Shown here: positions 1 to 11,255 of the stretch, one piece after another
Position numbering within the stretch: position 1 is the stretch's first letter
How the letters are laid out: each line of letters starts with the position of its first letter
Origin: Macrostomum lignano
Taxonomy: Eukaryota
Length of the DNA stretch: 64,000 nt
Direction of reading: 5' to 3'
Assembly (NCBI GenBank): GCA_002269645.1
Contig: NIVC01000528.1
Coordinates: 62,001-126,000 of the forward strand
Translations under genes and position numbers: made by a program
The notes under the pieces: model-generated
Seen by the model: the letters and a program-made list of their open reading frames with translations, nothing else
What the model was told of the DNA's origin: nothing
Database searches by the model: none

Positions 1-79
1 TCAAAGGTTGAGAATTTACTTAGAGTATCATAACGAAGAACAAATTCATAAAAGTGCAGCAGAAAATGGAAATTATATG

Positions 80-1582
80 TTAGTGATGTTTGACCATATA
101 ATTGTTCCATACTTTTGACAAATAATTCAATGCAACACTTGGCATGAACATAGAGTTCCTCAAGGCCTGATGAAAAAACATAAATAGAAAAATGTAGAAG
201 CAAAAAATGACGATAGTGCTTTTCAGACAGGAATTTTTTTTAAAAAAATAGGGACCTAAATACAAAACAAATAAAGGAAATTCTGTTGCCTTAAAGTGTG
301 CCAGTTCACTGTCAAGGCAACAAGGGCGACGTTGAAACTCTGCAGGAATAAACTTAGCAGTGCGCTCAATGAAATCTGACAACTTAACTAGACTGTCATG
401 GGATATTTTGCACCAAGAGCCAAATGTAGAGGAAAAAAGATACTTAAAAATTTTGCGAGTGACACCTAAACAAACAGCATGCTGATAATCTGGTGGGAAT
501 CCAGAATACAGTCCAATCATTGGCAGAATGTTAAGAATTGGAGTAGAAGAATCATGCTTTTGATTGTTCTCTTCTATACGACTATATCATTCATCTGTTC
601 TAGATTCACCAACTTGGGCTGAAAAAATTACACAATGTTCTGCATAGCCACATGGAGCTCGACAATAATTGCAGCCAACTCTAGAGTTGTGACCAAAAAT
701 ATTACAAATGAATGAGCGTGCAGGTGTATCACAAGCAAAAATTACTTTACTAAACCTAATATGATGACCAAGAATGTGAACACCATTTTCAATAAAGCTT
801 TTAAGCTCAGAACAAAAATCAGTTAAAAGTAAATTTAATTCTGGCTTTTTCTTTCCAACAAACACTGCTATAGGAAGAGGACGAGCAAATGCTGAAATTT
901 TAATTAGAATTGGCCAAGCAAAAAGCAAGGAGCTATTGTACAAAGGCATTCCATCAATATTAATTACAACATCTACCTGAAGCATGCCAGAAACAATGTC
1001 ATACACACATTTAGAAAAATCAAACAACTTATTCCTTAAACAGAACTCTAGATTTGCAGCAATTGACAAGTACGAAAATTGTCCAGTTTGCATTGTACCA
1101 ATAATGTTAGTAGACGGGCTTGCATTCTTGTTTAGCTTTTTGAGTAGATAAATAGAAGGTGGTACATTTAAACCATGCCTACATAGGATACAAAGAAGGT
1201 GTTGCATTGCACTTTGGGAAATGTTGAATAGAATAAAGAATAGAAACAGTTCTTCAGCCAAGCTCAATTTTTCAACTTCAGGACTATCCTCAGTAGCTTG
1301 GTCTAGGTCTTCAAAATCACTTTTGCTAGAACCATCTAGTAAGTCAGTCAATGATACTCTCTTTGACCTTGAATTACTAGAATCATAGTCAAGTTCTTCG
1401 CTTGTTTTAAGGCAGCTTTCCAAACAGGTTGAAGAAGTTGCCTCCACAGGATTTTGACTAGTAAATTCAGCTAGATCTTCAACATCTTCAAAGGTTGGTG
1501 CTTCAATAGAGTTTGATTGATTTTCAAAAATGCTACCAACCAATTCATTAGCTAAATTATGGTTAAAAGTTTGTCTTGACAT
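80..1582 (-). pseudogene. Decayed CACTA/EnSpm (CMC)-like DNA transposase, broken into at least two ORFs (587..1582 and 80..520); probably continues beyond the window start
   Basis: Motifs INIDGMPLY..WPIL, VFVGKKKP, FACDTPARSFIC..GHNSRVGCNYC, then PDYQHAVCLGV and IPAEFQRRP..FKATEF..LYLGP, which are typical of this transposase family. The frame is interrupted between 520 and 587. No TIR identified. Confidence 0.75.
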
Positions 1583-3379
1583 CTAGAAATATTTAATAAA
1601 ATGCCTTTTAATAATGATATAAACAAGTTTTAAAATGGATAAAATGTAGTAATTTAGAATCTAATATACTAAAAATGGTCTGTCGGTATATGTGTGCATG
1701 ATCAATTTTAGCAAAAACGTTTAGAAGCTAAATAAGATACTTTTTGCAATCAAAACAGTATATGAGATGCTATTATACTACAAAACAAAAATGTTTTTTT
1801 CTAATTCTTTGATATACACTATTCATGTATTACTAGATTGCATGTTGCATATTGAATGTTGCATACACAAGAATTTTTCCCCAAAACAAAACCAAGTATA
1901 GGATACATAGCCATAGGCCTTATTTGTCAAGTTTGATTTGTTATTTCCATATACTAAAATTTTGTAACTGAAAATATACATCATCATATGCATACATGTA
2001 TATAATATGCATATACACATATATAAGTAGTCCACATATCCTATTTAAAATTTTCTAGATCTGGACCTATTAACACAACATAAAATAATTAATATTATTT
2101 TTAATTTTCTAAGCTTGATAATAGCTAGTAACAAAAATAAGCACTTTAAATTTAATTTAACTCTATTAGTCTATATACTAATATACTATACCAATTAATA
2201 CTAATAACTATTAGCATCTTTTTTTACCAAAATATCTTGTAAAAAGCTACAATGTTGATTTGTTTATACCATATGACATAGTGACTATCACATGCCATAA
2301 AGTTACATTACATTATATAAGAAATAAGGACAGATTCAGTATCTGATTCTAACTAAAAATATATAGGTCTAGTCTAGTCTTAATATTTTATTATAGGCCT
2401 AATAGATCCATAAAGCATAAAATACCACACTAGGTCTAATACAAAGTAATAGATCTAAAAGTAAGAAACTAGGCTCTACTTTGCTGAAAAAAGAACAGAG
2501 TTTTATAAAGTTATAATTTTATAGTTTCACTATTACACTATTTGTAAAAAAAGTAGGCCTGAAAAAATAAAACCGAGATAGAACAGAACAATTTCACATC
2601 AATTAACCACAATAGTCAATACTATATTGCTTTCCCCTATACAAATATAGTTATTTTAAAAACTAATAGCCATGGTTATTTTCTTTTGGGGGTTGATACT
2701 ATCAAATTTATACATTTAGTGTGCTTTTGTAGCCAATGACGCCTGCAGACACCGTGGGACCAGTCCAGTTTACATTAATTAACTGGAAACTAACTTTCAA
2801 AATATTCTATTTTTACAGGTCAAACAGTCTGAAAATAAAAGTTATAACAAATAATGTATAAATTTGTGGTACGTATTATTTTAAATAAAAGCGTTAACCT
2901 ATTTGTCAGTGGAATAATTGTTTTAAAAATCAAAAAATTTATTCTGTTTCATTTAAATATTGCTAGTTTTAACACACTTTTTTAAACTGTGTTGTTGCCG
3001 TTGTTTTTACAACATAAAAACAACACTAATCCCAGCGTTGTGCAATCCAACGCGATACCAACAGTTAATTAAAAAATGCATTTTTATGATTTGTGCAACA
3101 TGTAGTCGTTTTTTAATAAAAGATTTTTGCATTTTCTGGTTGTTTCTGCATTTTTCCCCAACAGTTTTTCCACCTACATCCGTTGAAAATCCGTTGGATC
3201 AGCGTCGCATTTTTTGCTGGGATCATTTTCCTTATGATGCTAGCAATAGTGACTATATAAGGTCAGAAGCTACATATATAGTTTATTAAAAATATATATT
3301 TCATTCTCTGTTGCCTCTCCAATGGGGGTTGCTGATTGCTAGTTATATGCTATTTTCAACTCAATTCAAAGAGCAATTA

Positions 3380-4687
3380 CGAGGGATACTCCAAAAGTTT
3401 TGCAATTCAACCACTTGCGCAAGTCGCACAATCTTCAAAACCAACTCTCTGTACAATAAACATGTACATAGTCCCCACCTCAATTTTCAAGTGAATTCAT
3501 ACATATACGCCTGCTCAGCCCCCAGTCAAAGTCAGAGACTCCTTAACTGTACAGCTGCAGCCATGGAATTGAATCGTGAGCAGAATCGGCTACTAATTTG
3601 GTACTGCCACAAGCGAAAGCTCACGGCGCTTGAGACTCATGCCGAGCTACTAGCAACATTGGAGGCTCAAGCGCCGTCATATGCTACGGTTACACGCTGG
3701 TACCGCGAGTTCCAGGCCGGCAGGACCAGCTTTTCTGACGACCCCCGGCCCGGGAGACCTCCGACAGCAGTGACGGAGGAAAACATCGCTGCAGTGCAGG
3801 AGCTGATTCATCAGGATCCGCGAATCACCACGGACATGCTAGCTATGAATGTCGGCATTGGATCGGCAGCGGTCGATACGATTCTACACGATCACCTGAG
3901 AGTCAGGAAGCTTTGTGCCCGATGGATACCCCACATCCTGACAGATGCTCAAAAACAGGCCCGCATGGAGTTCTGTCAGTTTCTCATCAATCGATATGAG
4001 CACGGGAGCCATCAGCGCCGCTCTGAGGTCATCACTGGTGATGAGACGTTTCTGTATCATTTTGACGTCGAGACAAAGCGCAGCAGTGCAGAGTGGGTGC
4101 CGGAAGGTGGTCAACGACCCCTGAAAGCAAGGCGGTCCCGGTCCCAGGGCAAGCGGATGTTTGCCATCTTCTTCGACTCACAAGGCGTGGTGGCGATGGT
4201 GAAGCTGGAGGGTCAAGCTACAGTCACTGCTCGATGGTACACTGAAGAGTGCTTGCCAGTCGTGATCGACAGCGTGACCCAGAGGGCGCCAAGGACGGGA
4301 ATGCGAGGGCGGAAGCTTCACCATGACAACGCCCCCGCCCACACGGCTGCTGCAACTCGAGCGTTCCTGGACCAAGAGGGCATTTCAACGCTACCACACC
4401 CGGCCTACTCACCAGACCTCGCCCCCTGCGACTTCTGGCTCTTTCCAGAAATCAAAAAGTCGCTTAGGGGGCGCAGGTTTCAGTCCGACGAGGAGCTGGA
4501 GCAGGCGGCGAAGGAGGCGATTGACGGCATCCCAATTGAAGACTTCCAGGGCTTGATGAACAAGTGGCTCGGACGAGCGCACAAGTGTTTGCAGTTCCGG
4601 GGAGCCTACTTTGAAGGATTGTAATAGAAAAGTTTGGCAAAATTAACTTTAAATAGTCGAATTGCAAAACTTTTAGAGTATCCCTCG
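3380..4687 (+). mobile_element. Complete mariner element (1308 bp) with 29-bp TIRs and TA target duplication
   Basis: Left TIR cgagggatactccaaaagttttgcaattc at 3380..3408; right TIR at 4659..4687 is its reverse complement with 1 mismatch; TA at 3378-3379 and 4688-4689. Confidence 0.96.
3563..4624 (+). CDS. Mariner transposase, DD34D, 353 aa, uninterrupted
   Basis: First ATG inside the TIRs is at 3563. N-terminal HTH region, WIPHIL motif, TGDET, HHDNAPAH and YSPDLAPCDFWLF, with 34 residues between the 2nd and 3rd Asp. Confidence 0.95.
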   Translation: MELNREQNRLLIWYCHKRKLTALETHAELLATLEAQAPSYATVTRWYREFQAGRTSFSDDPRPGRPPTAVTEENIAAVQELIHQDPRITTDMLAMNVGIGSAAVDTILHDHLRVRKLCARWIPHILTDAQKQARMEFCQFLINRYEHGSHQRRSEVITGDETFLYHFDVETKRSSAEWVPEGGQRPLKARRSRSQGKRMFAIFFDSQGVVAMVKLEGQATVTARWYTEECLPVVIDSVTQRAPRTGMRGRKLHHDNAPAHTAAATRAFLDQEGISTLPHPAYSPDLAPCDFWLFPEIKKSLRGRRFQSDEELEQAAKEAIDGIPIEDFQGLMNKWLGRAHKCLQFRGAYFEGL

Positions 4688-5398
4688 TATATGTTCATAT
4701 AGAGTGCTACTAGGGGAATATATTTGGAAACCATGATTTGGAAGTAAAATAAACAGCACTATGCCTCAGTTATTTAGTCTTGATTTTAGTATATAGGAAA
4801 GATTCGGCTTTTTATCTCTGTAAAATATCTCTGTAAATCTCTGTAAAATAAACAGCACTAAATATTTTCATTGCTAGTTCAAATCTGATTATCTGTCTTG
4901 ATTATTTTTTGTATTTATTAGTATATAAGTATAACTTATTATTCCTTTGCCATGGTAAAGGAATAGCTCCTATTGGGCATTATACAAACTATCAAAGGCA
5001 ACAGCAGAATCAATATATCTTTCTTATAATGTGAATCATTTTGCTCCTATCTGCCTTCTGCAAAGATTGGCCCTTGGATTTTAGCTATTTATTTAAAATC
5101 CATCATCTAACACTGGTAAGAGTTAGTGAGCATTTTGAAGTCTCTTTCTCTTCATAAAACTATTTCCTAAAGCTTATCCCCTAACTCTATATCATGGTTT
5201 CTTGGAACTTTTTAGTGCAAAATATTGCTCAAAAGCACTGCAACACAAGTGCATTATGACCTACTAAAAATGCAGTCATTTACTATTTGGCCTGTGTCCA
5301 TGCTATTGTGCTTTTAAGTGCCATGCTCATCTGTAATTTCTATGTCTCTATCCATGAAAATCAAGTTCATAATTCAAATAGTTTGATTTCGATTATAA

Positions 5399-8134
5399 AT
5401 GAAAACTTTTTACCATTTTTGCTATTTTTCTGTCTGGATCATGCCACTTTCTGGCACTGCTGTTGCTGGTGATTCAAGTAAAGATTGGGAGAAGCTTAAA
5501 GCTGAAGGAAATGAACATTACAAAAACATGAAGTGGTCAGAGGCAGCTGACTGCTACTCCCAAGCAATTGGCATCAACTCAAAAGTCGCCGCCTTGTACT
5601 CAAATCGTGCCCTCTGTCAGATACAATTGGCCAAGTTCGATCTTGCACGTCAAGACGCTGAGGACGCCATTGCAATCGATCCGAATCAGGTGAAGTTCTA
5701 CCGAACTCTGTCTGAAGCTTTATTCAACCTTAAGTTGTTCAAAGAGGCTGTCGATGCGTGTAGAAATGGACTGAAGATCGATTCAAGAGATGAAACTCTA
5801 AATGTTAGAGCGCGAGATTGCATGGCCCTTATCATAGACCGCGAAATTAAAGAGCACCCTTTTGCTGGGGGCTTTGATCAATTGAAAACCAAAGATGCTT
5901 CAAAAAATCTTGCCGATCACGTGATGAAACAAGGGCCCGTTTCACCGGACGACGTAGGAACGATGGACAGTACCAATTGGCAGACTGCTTCAGAAATCAA
6001 GAAAGCTCACCGTATTTTACTGGCAGGCAGAGGTACCGTGCGCGGCGAGCAGAAAGCTCTTAAAATCTTTGAATCCGCTGCCAAGCGTGGAAGTGCGGAG
6101 GGTCTGTACAATATGGCTTTAATGTACAAAGACGGAATGGCTGGACTGGCCGTCAACCCGAAGAAGTATCTCGATTTGTGCCGCAAAGCTGCAGAACAGA
6201 AGCCCTACTTGAAAGTGAAAACAATCGGTACCGTTTTACGCAACATTGGCGTTGCAGAAGCAGAGAATGCTGTAGCAATGGCCTATAGAGATGGTCTAGC
6301 CGTTGACCAGGACGACAAGCTTGCTTTCAATTGGTTTCTGAAAGCTGCAGAGCATGGCTGTCCATCAGGAATGAACAATCTAGGTCTGGCACTTTACAAT
6401 GGCATGGGCTGCGAAATGAACCTAAAATCTGCCCGCTCATGGTACCAGAAGTCTGCAGATCTCGGTCAGTCGGAAGCTCTTTTTAATTTGGCGGGAATGC
6501 TCGTGAAGGGAGAGGGAGGACCACAAGACGCATTCAAGGCGGCACAGCTGCTTAAAACTGCTGCTGATCAGGGCCTTCCAGGCGCTCTCCTGGCATTGCA
6601 GCACCTGCAGCGTTCTGGGGCTTTTGGTGCCGCATCAATGAATGCTTCAACCAAGGTCGTTCGGCAAATGGCTGACTCAAACGAAAAGCAAGCTCTGTTT
6701 GTAATCGGAATGAACTACCTTATGGGAGAAGGCGGCTTCACTAAAGACCTGATAGAGGCGGAGAAGCACCTAAGGAAGGCTTCTGCTTTAAATCACAAGG
6801 AAGCAACATTTCAGTTTGGAAGGCTTCTTCTGCAGCAGCGACGTAATGAAGACGCCGCAATTTATATTCGAAAAGCCGCAGACAGTGAAAACGAAGATGC
6901 TCAGCGGACTTATGGTCACATTTTGGCTTTTGGTCACGGTTGCGAACGCAATGTGTCGCAAGCTCGTCGATGGCTGCTTCGTTCAAAGCAGCCTCAGTCC
7001 GATGTTGACGAACTTATCAAATATTCCACTGCAGTTATCGAGTTCGAAGCTGCCGAGAAGCTCTCCAAAACTGGGCTAACATACTTTGAGCGAATCGAAC
7101 GATATGCCGAATCTCTGGTGTCAAGCGAGGAAAAACAGGGTGTTAAAGACTTGCTCAGGATTTTCAAGAATAGTCATGAGAACCCGCCTCATCCCACGCG
7201 TCTTTACTCGGATTTTAACCTGTCCGCTGTAATGCCAATGATGGCAAAGCGAGTTGCTCAAGGATCTAAAACGGCGCAGAAATTTTTCGTTTGTTTGAAT
7301 CTACTCGACCAGGCAGATTTGGCGCTAGAGATTAATCGCATATCAGACGCGTTTCGTCTGTATCGGCAGGCTGATAGAGTCTGGCACCCGCTTCCAGTCG
7401 ACTTGGAGAAATTAAGGCGTCTATTTTCTGCCGCAACGCAAGCCTTCGAGCGAAACCCGAGAGACGCAGATGCGCTGTACGTTATAGTACATTACAACAT
7501 GGCTTTGAAACTTTGCAGCCTTGCAGAGCTGCTTCGCATGGCATCGATGTGCACTCATCTGAATCCTGATGTCGCCGATTACCACAACCTAGTTGGCCAT
7601 TTGCATGCATTTAATGGCGATTATATTGCATCTCATCGATCGATTGAACGAGCTCTCGAGCTTGAATGGGAGCCGGACTGGCTGTACAGTAAAGCGTCCT
7701 CTCTGCGCTTACAAGATGGAGTTGATCGCGAAGCTGTGATCAAGGCTTACGAGGAGTACATTTCGTCCAGTGAGCCAGACAATCACAATGTCCCAAAGGC
7801 TTTTTACAGCCTAGCCGAGAGCTATTCCATCACGGACATTGAAAAAGCCCGAGAGTATTTCGAAAAGGGTCTCCGTGCCGAGAGTCCTGAAATAAGACTG
7901 CCGGTTTTCGAGTCACTCGACGACTTTCCTCCAAAGAAGCTGATGAAAATCATTTTGCAAGATCCGCTGCTCTCGAGTTCGGCTTCTTCGGCCAAGTCGA
8001 GCAACTGCCGATGCGCGAACTGCGGAAAACTTGATGCCCTGCAGCGCTGCAGCAAGTGCAAAATCTCTTACTATTGTGGTCGCGACTGCCAAGTAAACCA
8101 CTGGAAAAAGCACAAGAAGAATTGTCACGCCTAA
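5399..8134 (+). CDS. TPR / Sel1-like repeat / TPR / MYND zinc-finger protein, paralogue 1 (no N-terminal HEPN-like domain); likely start at ATG 5441 (897 aa)
   Basis: TPRs (LKAEGNEHYK..A..CYSQAI..LYSNRA), Sel1 repeats (AFNWFLKAAEHGCPSGMNNLG; WYQKSADLGQSEALFNLA), C-terminal CANCGK..RCSKCK..YCGRDCQVNHWKKHKKNC. Single long ORF that aligns with three downstream paralogues. Confidence 0.9.
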   Translation: MKTFYHFCYFSVWIMPLSGTAVAGDSSKDWEKLKAEGNEHYKNMKWSEAADCYSQAIGINSKVAALYSNRALCQIQLAKFDLARQDAEDAIAIDPNQVKFYRTLSEALFNLKLFKEAVDACRNGLKIDSRDETLNVRARDCMALIIDREIKEHPFAGGFDQLKTKDASKNLADHVMKQGPVSPDDVGTMDSTNWQTASEIKKAHRILLAGRGTVRGEQKALKIFESAAKRGSAEGLYNMALMYKDGMAGLAVNPKKYLDLCRKAAEQKPYLKVKTIGTVLRNIGVAEAENAVAMAYRDGLAVDQDDKLAFNWFLKAAEHGCPSGMNNLGLALYNGMGCEMNLKSARSWYQKSADLGQSEALFNLAGMLVKGEGGPQDAFKAAQLLKTAADQGLPGALLALQHLQRSGAFGAASMNASTKVVRQMADSNEKQALFVIGMNYLMGEGGFTKDLIEAEKHLRKASALNHKEATFQFGRLLLQQRRNEDAAIYIRKAADSENEDAQRTYGHILAFGHGCERNVSQARRWLLRSKQPQSDVDELIKYSTAVIEFEAAEKLSKTGLTYFERIERYAESLVSSEEKQGVKDLLRIFKNSHENPPHPTRLYSDFNLSAVMPMMAKRVAQGSKTAQKFFVCLNLLDQADLALEINRISDAFRLYRQADRVWHPLPVDLEKLRRLFSAATQAFERNPRDADALYVIVHYNMALKLCSLAELLRMASMCTHLNPDVADYHNLVGHLHAFNGDYIASHRSIERALELEWEPDWLYSKASSLRLQDGVDREAVIKAYEEYISSSEPDNHNVPKAFYSLAESYSITDIEKAREYFEKGLRAESPEIRLPVFESLDDFPPKKLMKIILQDPLLSSSASSAKSSNCRCANCGKLDALQRCSKCKISYYCGRDCQVNHWKKHKKNCHA

Positions 8135-10005
8135 GGCATTGATTTTTAAGCCAATTTATCTAAAACTGTTGTTAAATACTTGAAGACGGTCAATCCTTTT
8201 TCTGCTGACATACCCGGTGCTTGGACAGTTAATTTCGAACGATTTGCGCTTCCTTATTTTTTTACCTATTTAGCGTTAATTAATAACTAATACATTTACT
8301 AGCATACATAAATGGCCCGCTGAAAAATCTAAAAGGCTTTTTTAGCCTTTAAGGGGCATTTATACGGGCCAATGAAGAGCCTTCAAAGAGACTTCTGTGA
8401 GCAAATTTTTGAAAAGTTAAGTAACTTTTGAAGCAGTTTTCGTGACCACGTCGATTGAAGATTGAATTGGAGGTCCAAGCGGCTTTCAGTTTTTTTCAGT
8501 GGGCGAGTCTATTTCAAAGCATTTACAGTATTGTCTAACTGTTTTATAAACATTTTTTCAAGATTAGTATTCTTTAATTTCTTATTTTGTACTATTGACT
8601 AGCGGTGCTTATCATGTCGCTTTGTGTCGTCCAAGCATAAAAGTTCGAAAGTTAATCCCTACTGTTCCTATAGTGCGCTGTGGGCCACAATGAGGCGTTT
8701 CCAATTCTGGCTCTGCAATCTGTGTACTTTATCTCATCGAGGCGGTCTTGCCCGAAGTGTAACTCTGCATATCCGGTGATGTTTAAGTATTTTCACCAGC
8801 CCATTTATCAATTGATTTTGTCAAGCAATGGTAATTTTTCCTCTAATATTCTATTCTCTGCTGCTTTCTTATTTTAACAGTTTGGTATTTTCACTCAGCC
8901 CTCCTCGTCAGCCTGCTTTTTGGGTTATAAGCATTTTTATTTGCAGTGCTAAACGAACTAATTTATCATATTTATCCATCTGCACATCGTATTTATTGCG
9001 GGTTTTTCTTTCATTGTTGCCTGGTTGTTTTTCTCTACATAAAATTACTCGATTCGTGTAGTTGGTGGTGGTAAAGGCTCAATTAATTCAGTTTTCGTTG
9101 TTCCACAAATATCTAGCTGTGAAGCTGTCTTCTGTCTTCTACACCTTTTTTGGTGGATATGCTCGAGGGTTGTATAGGGTTGCTAGAAGATAAAAACCAT
9201 TATCTTTAAGCGACTGTTAGCGAGGGTATGAAATAGGAGTTCAACTCTCTATGGAGACTTAGCTACAAGTAAAATGAATCTATATTATCATCTCTGTTAA
9301 CACACATTGTTACACAGTCAGCTAAGAAGGATAAACTATTAAATAAGCCGAGCCATGCAATTTCTATAATTTTTGCCACGGGACAGGTACGACTGTACGT
9401 ATAATAAAAAATTAACATACAATCCTAAGCGAAAAGCACTATGAATACTAATAAAGCTATTTCGTAGAAGAAAGGCAAGACATCAAAAGATGAACATTCG
9501 GACTGGCTCCTATCAAAAGCAATAACAATTTTTGTGCTGAAAAAATGAAAATCTCCTAAATCTTCGTAATGTATTTTTTTCGGAAAACCTGCCTCCTAAA
9601 ATTTTCCAAGAAACGTACGTATTCCAAATCCTACTTGAGTAGTCCTTGCATGTACATGTACAGAGACTACATGTACATATGCTATAGAATGCTCGTAGTA
9701 TCGCATGCCGACTCAAGCACTTCCGAATGAGAGTTTTTTAGGCTCACGCGTCGGCCAGCTACATTTAGCTAGAACAATTATAGCTATGGGTTATAGTCTC
9801 AAATCGGCGTCAGCGGCGCTATCAGGAGCGGCCGGCGTGATCTGTCAATTACTCCCAAGCACAAGTCAATCTGCTGAAACCGTGGCAACATATTGCATAC
9901 ATTTTTCCTGCTGTTAAAATGTCTAAGTTTGATGCCTTCGTCTCCGCCTGCGGCCTGTCTGATTCAATTTCCAATATCTAAACAGTGGTCAAGTCTCGTC
10001 GAAAA

Positions 10006-10248
10006 TAAGGTTGCGATTTCAGGGGCCGGTTTTAACCGGCTCTGTAATCGTGTTTAGCCGACGGGGCCGCCCCTCCGCCCGTCTGTGCGTGCGGCCCGCG
10101 CGTGTGCATCCCTGCCGCAAGGTGGGGTGCTGGGTGCCGGCCGGCAGGCGGGGGTGTTGGGTTGGGGGTGGGCGGCGTCGGCCCCCTTTTATTTGTGCGC
10201 TCACGCTCTCTCGTGCGCGCTGCGAGAGCGCTTTGGCTCGTAAAATTT
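10006..10248 (+). repeat. Split direct repeat A1 (243 bp) of the Ngaro element
   Basis: Matches 17658..17900; one mismatch seen. Confidence 0.93.
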
Positions 10249-11181
10249 AAAATAAAGTCGGCCTTGCAAGCCAGACTGAGACAACACGAGGGGCAGTCAC
10301 AGCTTCAAGACGGCGGGACATCGGCATCGGCATCGCCCTGTGCGCAGGAGGAGCTCCAAGACCAAGGCCGGGACCCACGGGAGGCGGACCTGGACGGCGA
10401 GATTCGGCGGGCGCAGAAACGGCTGCAGCTCCTAGAGCTTCAAACACGCGAGCGAGAGCTTCGGGAACGCGCCGTCGTGACTGCTCGTACAGAATCAGGT
10501 GAGCAGCAGAATCTTTTCGCTGAACTTATCAACCCAACAGGCCCCGTCACCGCTAGAGCCAACCCCCGGCCGGTCGGGCAGCCGTGTCTACTCGTCAGAG
10601 ACTTTGTCGATGATCTGTCAGGCCAGGCTGACGAGCTGCTCACCAGGGGCAGCTCTGGCGGCCTCGTGCTCAAAAAGTCGACGACCAAGCTGGACGGCAT
10701 GACAATTGGGCAGTGGTTCGCCGGCAGTATGAAGGTCCTGCTTCAGATACTTGAAGACACAGCGCCGCAGGTGACCAGCAAGGGCCAAGTGTACAGCACA
10801 ACTGAGCAAGTCAAAGATTACGCCCAGTACAATGTCCAGGTGGCCGAGCTATTCGACAGATTCCCAGCGCACCGGGTGATCAGATTCGACCATGACTACC
10901 GCCAGCACCGCGCAGCCAACAGCCTTCGCTGGGGCAAAGACTGCGCCCAGATGTCGATCAGGCACCTGCTCAGCATTAAGACGGACCAGTACAACCAGAC
11001 AGCCAAGCGAAACCAGCCTAGCAACAAGAGCCGCGTCATGGGTCCGCGGACATCCTCAGGCCGCGAGCTGTGCTTGTCCTTCAACAGCACCAACGGCTGC
11101 ATGAGGAGCAACTGCCGATTCCTCCATGCCTGCCGAATCTGTGAGGGCAGCCACTCCGAGCAAAATCACGCAAAAAACTGA
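10102..11181 (+). CDS. Ngaro ORF1, gag-like with C-terminal Cys/His zinc-finger region; true start uncertain
   Basis: Coiled-coil-like segment, W..G..K / RFDHDYRQ..W core and C-terminal CLSFNSTNGCMRSNCRFLHACRICEGSH. Lies directly after A1. Confidence 0.8.
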   Translation: MCIPAARWGAGCRPAGGGVGLGVGGVGPLLFVRSRSLVRAARALWLVKFKIKSALQARLRQHEGQSQLQDGGTSASASPCAQEELQDQGRDPREADLDGEIRRAQKRLQLLELQTRERELRERAVVTARTESGEQQNLFAELINPTGPVTARANPRPVGQPCLLVRDFVDDLSGQADELLTRGSSGGLVLKKSTTKLDGMTIGQWFAGSMKVLLQILEDTAPQVTSKGQVYSTTEQVKDYAQYNVQVAELFDRFPAHRVIRFDHDYRQHRAANSLRWGKDCAQMSIRHLLSIKTDQYNQTAKRNQPSNKSRVMGPRTSSGRELCLSFNSTNGCMRSNCRFLHACRICEGSHSEQNHAKN

Positions 11182-11204
11182 GCAAGCGCGCCGACACGGC
11201 GCGC
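11172..11204 (+). promoter_or_regulatory. Candidate -1 programmed ribosomal frameshift signal between ORF1 and RT
   Basis: A_AAA_AAC at 11172..11178 in the ORF1 phase just before its TGA, a 7-nt spacer, then an 8-bp GC stem gcgcgccg-aca-cggcgcgc at 11186..11204. The -1 frame is open into the RT ORF. Confidence 0.7.
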
Positions 11205-11255
11205 GAAACCGATTTTACCCCTCCTGCTTTTAACTGCCTCGCTCAGCCCGCTCCC

